From Candidatus Bathyarchaeia archaeon (lineage in GTDB: Archaea > Thermoproteota > Bathyarchaeia > Bathyarchaeales > Bathycorpusculaceae): 40,507 nt of DNA. A model generated the notes under the pieces. The model did no database searches. It was given only the letters and a program-made list of their open reading frames with translations, and was not told the DNA's origin. The translations under genes and the position numbers were made by a program. This document shows, one piece after another, positions 1 to 7,855 of this stretch. Each line of letters opens with the position of its first letter. Position 1 is the first letter of the stretch. Location: assembly GCA_049970895.1 (NCBI GenBank), contig JBMFMB010000014.1:1-40507 (forward strand), given 5' to 3'.

Positions 1-54
1 GGCAACTGTTAGACACAAAATTATTGCTGTTTTAATTTTCTCAGATGACACCAT
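1..54 (-). CDS. 5' end of a gene running off the window; signal-peptide-like N-terminus
   Basis: Manual translation from ATG at 54 gives MVSSEKIKTAIILCLTVA (basic then hydrophobic), open to the window edge. Confidence 0.5.
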   Translation of the reverse strand, partial: MVSSEKIKTAIILCLTVA

Positions 55-697
55 ATCTTCACATCCATCAGACGACTACAACCTATAAAACCGTCGAATG
101 GAATTAAACTTTACCAGCACGCTAGCCCGTTGCTAAATTCGGACAAAATAGATTTTATTCCACTATTATGTAGTTTAATATGCAAATTTGAAGCCTTATT
201 TTTATCTCCCTCCCCAAAAATTTAAGAGTTTACAGGCGAGACCAACAACTATAGCAAGCGCATCAAACCATTTTTCCATTTCAGTCTGAAATTAGCAACA
301 CCCTAGCGCGCATAACCGAAGCCAAAGATTTTCCTAAAATACTAAGTTCAAAAGATAAAATGCACGAACATTAGCATTCCATATTGCTTAAATTTCCCGT
401 GAAGTTCATTCTAACTAGGCTGATTACTTTCTGACTTATTAGGGTAAACTTAAAGATGTCATAGACATGTAGGTCCATCACTGCGAAGTAAAATCGCATA
501 ATCCCTCTAAGGGGGGAATCATCCCCTTTTTCTCATAAAATCTAAAAAATCGTAATTTTCACTAAAACCTTCCCGTTGAACATTTGAAGAGCTGGCTCAC
601 ATACATAATTGTTATCATTGCTAATAGAAATATCAAACTTATGGTTAGGGAATTAAAGGAGTAAAGTTTTTAAGATTGCACTTTGTAAACGTTTTGC

Positions 698-1279
698 ATG
701 GACTCGGTTGAGCCGTTTGCTTTGTATGTGAGTAAGAGGTTTGTTGATAAGGCTTCTAAAACTTTTGGTTTGGGTTTCCTCGTTAGAAAGCCTTTGGTGG
801 AAATTCTGAAGAAGATGGGTGTGAGGTTTGAGGAGCTTGACAGGGATGGGGCTAAGTTGGCTCTTGAAAGGATTGGCGAGTCAAAGGGCATAACTGTTTC
901 TACTAGCCAGCTTGTTAAGACCTTAGCTTTGGCTTTCTTTCTTCCAACAGGGGTATTTTTGGCCGCATTAAAAAAGGTGCTTTACCGTTCTGGAGTTGAA
1001 ACTGATAATTACGTGATGTTTGAGTTTCTGGCGGAAATACCGAGAGCGTTTAGACCCTCTCTTTTTTACGATGTCTGGCTTGTCGTGCCAAAAACGGAGG
1101 CTGGCGCTGAGGATGCAAAAGAGTTGATCATGAAAATAGTGGAGACAGTTGGGGTTTCGCCCTTAAATGAAGAGGAATGGGAGAATGCGAAGCCCATTAG
1201 AGAAAAGCTTGCTGGTAAAATTGAAGTTAAAGGTTTGACGGAGAACCTTTGGGCATCATTAATTAATTATGGCGGGTAA
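698..1279 (+). CDS. Hypothetical protein, 193 aa
   Basis: Long ORF with protein-like composition, 3 nt upstream of the next gene; no family recognised. Confidence 0.7.
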   Translation: MDSVEPFALYVSKRFVDKASKTFGLGFLVRKPLVEILKKMGVRFEELDRDGAKLALERIGESKGITVSTSQLVKTLALAFFLPTGVFLAALKKVLYRSGVETDNYVMFEFLAEIPRAFRPSLFYDVWLVVPKTEAGAEDAKELIMKIVETVGVSPLNEEEWENAKPIREKLAGKIEVKGLTENLWASLINYGG

Positions 1280-1282
1280 GAG

Positions 1283-2401
1283 ATGAGTCTTAAACATATT
1301 GGATTTTTAATGGTTTTAGCCTTTTTAGGCTTTCTCCCCGTCCAGTTGTCCAGGGCTTCTTTGACCCCCCACAACCCAATTCACATAAGTAGCAACGCGG
1401 ACTTTACCGCAGCCAACGGAGTAACTGGGGGTTCTGGAACAGCAGCCGATCCATATATTATCGAGGGGTGGGCGATAACTGAAGCGGTGGTGGGCGCTGA
1501 TTATGGAATTTGGCTTGAAAATACTGACGCTTACGTCGTTATTAGGAACTGCTTTGTTATACCCCCAGATACTGGCATAAGGCTTGAACATGTGGCAAAT
1601 GTTGCGATTGAGAATGTTACCGTTAGAGGCGGGCATCAGGGCTTATATGTCTATGACTCAAAATGCGTCACCATTTCCACGAGTGACATAGGCCCCATAG
1701 GCGGCCCCGTTGTCCTGCTATATTCATCAACCAACGTTAAAGTGGATAATTGCAAAATAGGAAACGGCCTATACTATAGCCTCTACATGCAACATGTAAA
1801 CAACACAACCGTCGAGAACTGCGAAATCTACGATAGCCATTACGGCGTCTACGCTGAATCTTCAACAAACTTTTCCATAAACAACTGCAACATCCACAAT
1901 AATGGAGACGGCGTACACTTTTATGTAACCGGTAACAGCATCGTTTCAAACTGCCTAATACACTTCAACGAAGATCATGGAATATACCTGGACATGTCAG
2001 ACCACATAACAATAGAATACTGCGACGTGAGAAACAGCTCGCTGGGCATATGGCTTAACCCAGCCTTCAACTGTGAAATCCACTACAACAACTTCATCAA
2101 TATATACGGTAACGCACAAGACGATAGATACGGTAACGGTGGACAACAAAACAACTGGGATAAAAACTACTGGAGCGACTATAATGGCGTGGACGCAAAC
2201 AAAGACGGATACGGAGACACGCCATACGCAATCGCGGGAAGCGCAAACGCAAAAGACAACATGCCACTAATGCAAGTTATCCCAGAAATTCCCAACCTAT
2301 TAATACTCCTGCTAACAATAATATTCATTGGAATAGCAATCAACATGCTCAAAAACAAACAACAAACCAATAAGCACAAAACTTCGTTTAGTCGCTGTTA
2401 A
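1283..2401 (+). CDS. Secreted/surface right-handed parallel beta-helix protein (NosD/CASH-like) with PEF-CTERM-like C-terminal anchor
   Basis: N-terminal signal peptide; repeated GI-x-L...N-x-x-I-x-N-C-x-I units; NYWSDYNGVDANKDGYGDTPY motif; C-terminal VIPEIP + hydrophobic helix + basic tail. Confidence 0.85.
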   Translation: MSLKHIGFLMVLAFLGFLPVQLSRASLTPHNPIHISSNADFTAANGVTGGSGTAADPYIIEGWAITEAVVGADYGIWLENTDAYVVIRNCFVIPPDTGIRLEHVANVAIENVTVRGGHQGLYVYDSKCVTISTSDIGPIGGPVVLLYSSTNVKVDNCKIGNGLYYSLYMQHVNNTTVENCEIYDSHYGVYAESSTNFSINNCNIHNNGDGVHFYVTGNSIVSNCLIHFNEDHGIYLDMSDHITIEYCDVRNSSLGIWLNPAFNCEIHYNNFINIYGNAQDDRYGNGGQQNNWDKNYWSDYNGVDANKDGYGDTPYAIAGSANAKDNMPLMQVIPEIPNLLILLLTIIFIGIAINMLKNKQQTNKHKTSFSRC

Positions 2402-3128
2402 GGGAATTGGACCAGTATAGGTAAACTTTTGTTTGTAGCAGGAATCCGCATACTTTGCGTTTCGTTTCAACGGTTGTTAGTTTGTTACGCTTTGAGGAAA
2501 GTGTGATGGCGGTGAGGTAGGCTGCTGTTGAGGGTATAGTCAGCCAGAACCCGGCTTTAAACTCTGTAATGGCATGGTTTGTGGTTGCTTGGGCGATGAG
2601 CCACATGTTGAAGACTATGAAGATGTTTAGTATTAATGGTGGAAGCATGTATGTGCGTTTCATTCGCAACATTGCAAGGGCTGAAAAGACGAAAGTGAGG
2701 ATTTGGGCTTCAAACATTAAAATTAATGCGGGTTCCACCCACACAGTCAGGTGATTTCTATAAGCATACCATTCCGCCCGTCTCCACCAATCCGCAAACC
2801 AAAACTCCTCAACAACAATGCCCCAAAACTCTTGAGAGCCCTTAAAAGACCAGAAAAGAAGTGGTCTAACAGGTCTCTTCTCCGGGATGGCAATTGAAAA
2901 CGGAGGTTGCGAAAGAAAAGGGTTAATAAAAGAAAGTGAAAAAAGAACCAATGCGAAAGTAATTAGTAAACGCAGCACAATCAACCTCAACCAAAACCCC
3001 AAAACTCCAATTTTACACAGCTTAAAAAGTCTACGCATTAGAACAATAAAATAGCTTCCAACACACAATATTCGGTTTAATTTGCTTAAACTTTCGTTTA
3101 AAGAAAGGTGTGTGGAAATAAAATTCAT
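2388..3128 (-). CDS. Hypothetical multi-pass membrane protein (true start probably downstream of the ORF start)
   Basis: About four hydrophobic segments; GFWLTIPS motif near the C-terminus. Confidence 0.55.
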   Translation of the reverse strand: MNFISTHLSLNESLSKLNRILCVGSYFIVLMRRLFKLCKIGVLGFWLRLIVLRLLITFALVLFSLSFINPFLSQPPFSIAIPEKRPVRPLLFWSFKGSQEFWGIVVEEFWFADWWRRAEWYAYRNHLTVWVEPALILMFEAQILTFVFSALAMLRMKRTYMLPPLILNIFIVFNMWLIAQATTNHAITEFKAGFWLTIPSTAAYLTAITLSSKRNKLTTVETKRKVCGFLLQTKVYLYWSNSLNSD

Positions 3129-3183
3129 ACTTGAGATTCATAACGGATAATTTGTTTTACACGCATTCTCAATTTGATGGGTT

Positions 3184-3366
3184 TTGTCGGAGGCTGACAT
3201 TGTAACTGTTAGGAAGAGGGCTGTATGCCCACGTTGTGGAATGACAGTCTATGAAGGAGCAGAGATGTTCAGAAGCCTGAAAATGCCAAATAAATACGTA
3301 TGCGTGACATGCGCCATAATGGAAAGGGAGGAGCTGAAGAAGGAGCGGAAAGCTGGGAAGGGTTAA
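3184..3366 (+). CDS. Small C4 zinc-finger protein
   Basis: CPRC...CVTC pairs in 60 aa; stop overlaps the next start (TAATG). Confidence 0.6.
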   Translation: MSEADIVTVRKRAVCPRCGMTVYEGAEMFRSLKMPNKYVCVTCAIMEREELKKERKAGKG

Positions 3367-3521
3367 TGCCTAAATGCCGAGAATGCCGCTTCATAGACTA
3401 CTTCACAAGCGAAAATCGATACTGGTGCCACCAAAACAAACGCTACGTGAACCCAGAAGACAGCATATGCGAAAAATACAAGCCACAAATTAAAGGACCA
3501 TTAGACAAATACATATGGTGA
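3366..3521 (+). CDS. Small Cys-rich protein (MPKCRECRF...WC...IC)
   Basis: ATG at 3366 overlaps the upstream TAA, suggesting translational coupling; four Cys. Confidence 0.55.
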   Translation: MPKCRECRFIDYFTSENRYWCHQNKRYVNPEDSICEKYKPQIKGPLDKYIW

Positions 3522-3540
3522 GTGTAGGTTAAGCATTATT

Positions 3541-3777
3541 TTATTCGATTGGTATTGTTTCCCATGTTCCACGTTTTCTCGGAATTCTTATTCTGATCCG
3601 ACCCTCCCTAAACTCTACTTTGACTTCTTCTTTCTTAACATCCCTCGGAACCTTCAGGGTAAAGATGATCTCGTCAGCCGTCCTCTCAACGTCAATCCAG
3701 CCCGGCATCCACCATTCTGGACCCCAAAAACCCAAACCAAAGGGACCTATACGGAAATAATGCCAATGATGAGGCAA
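3541..3777 (-). CDS. Minimal Hsp20/alpha-crystallin-like protein
   Basis: Aromatic/Pro-rich N-terminus, IDVERTADEIIFTLKVP, VKVEFREGRIRIRIPR, C-terminal IPI (IxI) motif; upstream GGGGTGGTGG RBS-like tract. Confidence 0.65.
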   Translation of the reverse strand: MPHHWHYFRIGPFGLGFWGPEWWMPGWIDVERTADEIIFTLKVPRDVKKEEVKVEFREGRIRIRIPRKRGTWETIPIE

Positions 3778-3869
3778 ACCACCACCCCACTAAAACAAAA
3801 ACTCAAATACAGTTTATAAAGAGTATGCCAACATGCACGAATAGAACATAAGACACGGGAAAATGTAAA

Positions 3870-4178
3870 CCCTAACGGAGCCCTTATTGGCTCCTTAACG
3901 AACCTGTCTATGTAGCTTACCATGCACCTCGCATTTCTCTGGTTATACTTCTTAAACTCGATGTATTGCAGAAACATTTGCCTCGTTTCAGGCCAGCTTA
4001 AAGCAAAGCCTTCACCCCTCAATCCCACCTCCAAAGAACCTAAAACTTTGCACTGCATATTCACCCGCTTCCTCAACTCGCCGATATCGCCCTCGCCCTC
4101 CATAACAGCCCTTAAACACTCTAACTTCCTACACTGCTCCTCGACGCTTTTCTTAATCTCCTCAATCCTCTCCGACAT
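3870..4178 (-). pseudogene. Probable truncated tyrosine-integrase N-terminal fragment
   Basis: W...FLQYIEFKKYNQRNARCMVSYIDRFVKEPI resembles, by eye, the core-binding helices of archaeal SSV1-like integrases; starts 105 nt from the tRNA 3' end; no catalytic domain follows; breakpoint approximate. Confidence 0.5.
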
Positions 4179-4200
4179 GGGACAACCCCCAAGCCGGGGC

Positions 4201-4224
4201 TGGGACGGTCCCAGGACGGTCCCA
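4201..4224. repeat. Tandem 11-bp repeat GGACGGTCCCA x2 overlapping the palindrome TGGGAC-G-GTCCCA
   Basis: Copies at 4203-4213 and 4214-4224; inverted repeat at 4201-4213. Confidence 0.85.
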
Positions 4225-4282
4225 AAGACTGATATCCAAACCAGCCCATTTCAGGCTTATTTCCGCCAAAGCAAACAGTTTT

Positions 4283-4360
4283 TGGTGCGGCCGCCGGGAT
4301 TTGAACCCGGGTCGTCAGCGTGGCAGGCTGATGTCCTAGTCCAGGCTAGACTACGGCCGC
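4283..4360 (-). tRNA. tRNA-Gly (GCC), intronless, CCA encoded
   Basis: GCGGCCG acceptor stem, D-loop AGCCTGGACTA, anticodon arm TCAGC-CTGCCAC-GCTGA, T-arm CCGGGTTCAAATCCCGG, 3' ACCA. Confidence 0.97.
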
Positions 4361-4427
4361 CAATATTTTCGGTTATCCTCTTATCTTTATTTTCCTAAAA
4401 AGCATTATGTTTCTGTTTCACGTCGCG

Positions 4428-4462
4428 TCAATTTTGCCTAGTTTTGGTTTCTGCAAAATTGA
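4428..4462. promoter_or_regulatory. Perfect 10-bp inverted repeat between divergent tRNA-Gly and rsmB-family genes
   Basis: TCAATTTTGC (4428-4437) N15 GCAAAATTGA (4453-4462); function unknown. Confidence 0.35.
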
Positions 4463-4582
4463 TAGCCCTCTGATTTTCGGCAATGGGCAAGCTGGAAAAT
4501 GTGTTGTTCTGGCGTTATTTTCGATTTCCTCCCCTTTTATGGTTTTCGTCAAGTTTTTATTTGTTTGTTGGCTTTTTGATGT

Positions 4583-5467
4583 TTGATGTTTGGCAGGGAG
4601 TTTTTTGTTAATCGTTATCGGTTGTTGGGCTGGGAGTTTAGGGATGTTACACCAAGACAGGCCATTAGGGTTAACGCCATGAACGTTAAGGGCGTCAAAA
4701 TTGTGGAGAGGCTTAGGGGTTTGGGTGTTGAGCTTGAGGAAATCCCCTTTGTGCGTGGTGGCTACTGGGTTTTACGTTCGGAGTTTTCCGTCGGCGCCGC
4801 TGTTGAGTATCTTTTGGGCTATTATTCCATTCAGGAGGCTGCAGCCCAGATTCCGGCAACCCTTTTCACAGATTTGAGGGGTAAGACCGTTCTGGATGCT
4901 TGTGCGGCTCCGGGCGGCAAGACTGTTCAGTTGGCCGATTTGATGGGGAACACTGGCGTCGTTGTGGCTTTGGACGTTAATGAGCGGAGGCTTAAAGCAT
5001 TAATGAATCAGCTGGAGCGTTGCCGCGTGAAAAATACTATTGTTTATAAGTTGGATGCCAGAAAAATCTCGAAGCTGGACTTAAAATTTGACAGGATATT
5101 GCTGGATGTTCCATGTTCTGGCAACTTCGCTACAGATAAAGACTGGTTTAGGCGGAGGACATTGGCTGATGTTGAAAGAAACGCCAAACTTCAAAGGGAG
5201 ATTCTTGCAGAATCTGTTAAGGCCTTAAAGGATGATGGCGAAATAGTTTATGCCACATGCTCTCTAGAACCCGAAGAAGACGAGTTAAACATTGACTGGG
5301 CTGTGAAGAATTTAGGCCTTGAAACTGTGGAAGTTGAATGTTATGGGGAGGAGGCGCCAACGGAAATTTTCGGCAAAAGGCTAGACGACTCTATAAGGAA
5401 TTGCCGCCGCATATGGCCAGACAAAACTCAAGGCTTTTTTGTCTGTAAACTCAAAAAGCGTGGGTGA
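4583..5467 (+). CDS. RsmB/NOL1/NOP2/Sun-family RNA m5C methyltransferase
   Basis: LDACAAPGGKT SAM motif; DVPCSG and YATCSL catalytic Cys motifs. Confidence 0.95.
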   Translation: MMFGREFFVNRYRLLGWEFRDVTPRQAIRVNAMNVKGVKIVERLRGLGVELEEIPFVRGGYWVLRSEFSVGAAVEYLLGYYSIQEAAAQIPATLFTDLRGKTVLDACAAPGGKTVQLADLMGNTGVVVALDVNERRLKALMNQLERCRVKNTIVYKLDARKISKLDLKFDRILLDVPCSGNFATDKDWFRRRTLADVERNAKLQREILAESVKALKDDGEIVYATCSLEPEEDELNIDWAVKNLGLETVEVECYGEEAPTEIFGKRLDDSIRNCRRIWPDKTQGFFVCKLKKRG

Positions 5468-5967
5468 TCCAGATAATGCTGAAGCCTATTGAAGATTTTG
5501 CCAGACTTTTTGGTGCAGAACTGAGCTTGGACGGAAGTTCGGTTGTTAGAAAGGGGAATAAGTTTTTCATGCTTAATCCTAGTTTGAAGATTTTGGCTGA
5601 GAAGAGCGGAGAATGGCTTTTTGCTGGCACATACCTTGGCAAAATTGAGGGTGGCAGGTTCCATCCAAGTTTTCCCCTGCTTTTCATGATTGCGGAACAA
5701 GCCCAAAACAGGGTGGTTGTTGACGATAAGGCGGCTTGGCTTTTCGTTTGTGGCAGAGACATATTCAAGGAAGGCATATTGGAGGTTAAAGGTTCAAGGC
5801 GTAAAGGCGCCTACACGCTGGTTTTTAACCGTTATGGAGAGTGCCTAGGCTTCGGCGTAATAGCAAAAGACTTGGAAAAGGCGAGGGGAGGTGTTGTTGT
5901 CAAAAACATTTTGGATGTTGGAGACTTTCTTAGAAGGGAGCGAGGCGAAAGGATTTCAGAAACTTAA
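5464..5967 (+). CDS. Nip7-like ribosome biogenesis protein (pre-PUA + PUA)
   Basis: GTYLGK, LFVCGRDI, LGFG and DVGDFLRRE match the Nip7 pattern; GTGA overlap with the methyltransferase. Confidence 0.8.
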   Translation: MIQIMLKPIEDFARLFGAELSLDGSSVVRKGNKFFMLNPSLKILAEKSGEWLFAGTYLGKIEGGRFHPSFPLLFMIAEQAQNRVVVDDKAAWLFVCGRDIFKEGILEVKGSRRKGAYTLVFNRYGECLGFGVIAKDLEKARGGVVVKNILDVGDFLRRERGERISET

Positions 5968-5969
5968 AT

Positions 5970-7262
5970 TCAGCCCGATTTTATTTTTTCAGCTAGCTCT
6001 CCAATTTTGACCATGGCTTGTTCTTTTCTCTGCATGTCTCTTAAGACCACTGCTCCTTGGTTTAGCTCTCTTTCGCCAATTATTATTACGTGGCTTATGC
6101 CCCTTCTGTCCGCGTCCTCCAAAGCCTTTGTAACCCTTCGTCTCATAACTTCGGTTTCAACGGCTATTCCTTCGTCTCTTAGCATTTCAGAAATTCTTAA
6201 AGCCTCATTATTTAAGCTCTCGCTCACTGGAATGACCATGACTCTTTTCTCCTCTTCTGCTGTTACGCTGGTTTTCTGCTCCTGCATGGCGAGCATTATT
6301 CTGTCTATTCCGTGGGCAACCCCCACGGCGGGTGTTGGTTCACCTCCAAAAAGTTCCACAAGTTTGTCGTATCTTCCCCCTCCAGCCAATGCTATGTCCA
6401 ATTCTGGAACGTAAACCTCGAAAATCATTCCAGTATAGTATTCTAGTCCACGGGCGAAACCGGCATCCACCGTTATGTCCGGTTCTTTTGCCGTTTTCTT
6501 TACCAGTTTGAGGATTTCTCCAAGATTTTTCACTGCGTTGGAGGCTGTTCCATAATCCTTCACGAGTTTTGCCATTTCCTCTAGAATGTTTGTGGTGTTG
6601 CCTCCTTTTAGGGCGACGAGCTTCTGAAGGGTTTTTAGGCATTTTTCCGAGGCTTTTGCTTCTTTTACGATGCTTAGTGCTTCTTCGTACTGTTTTTTGT
6701 CCATGAGCTGCATGATGCGGTTTTGGGTTTCCTCCTCTATGCCTTCTTGGCTTAAAATTCCTCGCAAAACGCCGACATGCCCAACTTTGAAGGCGTAATT
6801 CCTCAGCCCTACAGATCTCATCAAATTGTTTGTTAGTAGTAGCACTTCGGCGTCGGCTTCTGGCTTTTCTGAACCCATAAGCTCGAAGTTTGATTGCCAA
6901 AACTCTCTAAAACGTCCCTTTTGTGGTTCGTCATATCTGTAGAGGCTTCCAACACAGAATAGCCGCAGTGGCTTAGGATCGTTTCGCATTGTTGTTGCCA
7001 CAAGCCTTGCAACAGAAGCTGTGAACTCCGGTCTCAAAGCAACTTTTCTTCCACCTAAATCTTCAAAGGCGTACATTCTTGCGCGGACTTCTTCGCCTGC
7101 CTTCGCCGCAACAAGCTCATAAGACTCAACAACAGGCGTTATTATCTCCCTATACCCGTACAGTTTGGCGGTTATTCTGGCTTTTTCCTCGATAAAACGC
7201 ATTAATTTTGCCTCTTCTGGCAGAAAGTCCCTCATTCCACGAACTGTTTTGAAGGCGCTCAT
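5970..7262 (-). CDS. hisS: Histidyl-tRNA synthetase
   Basis: RGMRDF, LRPEFTAS, YRYDEPQKGRFREFWQ, RGLEYYTG, GGGRYD. Confidence 0.98.
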   Translation of the reverse strand: MSAFKTVRGMRDFLPEEAKLMRFIEEKARITAKLYGYREIITPVVESYELVAAKAGEEVRARMYAFEDLGGRKVALRPEFTASVARLVATTMRNDPKPLRLFCVGSLYRYDEPQKGRFREFWQSNFELMGSEKPEADAEVLLLTNNLMRSVGLRNYAFKVGHVGVLRGILSQEGIEEETQNRIMQLMDKKQYEEALSIVKEAKASEKCLKTLQKLVALKGGNTTNILEEMAKLVKDYGTASNAVKNLGEILKLVKKTAKEPDITVDAGFARGLEYYTGMIFEVYVPELDIALAGGGRYDKLVELFGGEPTPAVGVAHGIDRIMLAMQEQKTSVTAEEEKRVMVIPVSESLNNEALRISEMLRDEGIAVETEVMRRRVTKALEDADRRGISHVIIIGERELNQGAVVLRDMQRKEQAMVKIGELAEKIKSG

Positions 7263-7291
7263 AACTGTTCACGTTTTAGGCTTATGCTTTT

Positions 7292-7855
7292 TTATGGTAG
7301 GGTTAATTGTGAGACGGAATAGTAAACTATTTCGCCTCTTCTGCTCATAACAGCCAAAATAAGCTCCTTTTTAAGGCTCTGGCACTGCCTCATTATTTGA
7401 GTTAGCTCCTCCATTTTTATTGGCTTGCCCTCTTGAAGGCTTAGGATTAAGTATTTAGCTGTATCCCTCCCATACTCACCTCTCTCATAAACTCTGAAGT
7501 CAACGCCCATGCCGAAGCCTTCGCGGACAACATACCCGCGGCTTCTTAGGTCTCTATAAACCAAATACTTAGCCCAAGCATTCTCGTCTGTTTTTTCCGC
7601 CACTTGCAAAAGCCTCTGGAAGCCTATTTCCTCACCTTCCGTGTCTTTAACTAAAACTAAGCCCTTGTCCAGCAGGTGTAGCGCCTCGTAAAAGTTTAGG
7701 AGCAGCCCACCGTTTTCCTCTATGCCATAGCCTTTGGCTTTTAGCTCCTCTATCCTCTGCTTGTTCGCTATTTTTACTCCATTATCTGTTAGTGTGCCCT
7801 CGATTTTTTCTTGGCGGATTGGCTGTTTCTGCGGCTGTTCTTTACCTTTGCTCAT
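7292..7855 (-). CDS. endA: tRNA-splicing endonuclease subunit, probably non-catalytic (structural)
   Basis: EALHL, VYRDLRSRGY, DFRVY motifs; the catalytic His position reads DTAKYL. Confidence 0.85.
   Translation of the reverse strand: MSKGKEQPQKQPIRQEKIEGTLTDNGVKIANKQRIEELKAKGYGIEENGGLLLNFYEALHLLDKGLVLVKDTEGEEIGFQRLLQVAEKTDENAWAKYLVYRDLRSRGYVVREGFGMGVDFRVYERGEYGRDTAKYLILSLQEGKPIKMEELTQIMRQCQSLKKELILAVMSRRGEIVYYSVSQLTLP

Noticed and set aside
501-526. G-string resembling an origin recognition box
   Set aside because: Lacks the TCCA-x-TGGA-type core and repeated copies; no cdc6/orc1 gene nearby.
1750-2390. AAC-rich stretch suggesting a diversity-generating retroelement template
   Set aside because: No paired template/variable repeat and no reverse transcriptase in the window; explained by Asn-rich beta-helix repeats and local A/C bias.
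3300-3365. N-terminal extension of the 3300-3521 ORF
   Set aside because: Overlaps the upstream zinc-finger gene; the coupled ATG at 3366 is the more plausible start.
3922-4398. Plus-strand ORF containing VRPPGFEPGS, as in SSV1-type split integrase N-fragments
   Set aside because: That peptide is simply the antisense reading of any tRNA T-arm. The rest is a Ser/Pro-rich shadow of the minus-strand ORF with no integrase features.
6007-6900. Long alternative ORFs overlapping hisS, and similar shadow ORFs over mtnA, mre11, rad50, the HAD gene and lig
   Set aside because: Antisense or off-frame shadows of well-supported genes, with biased composition and no motifs.
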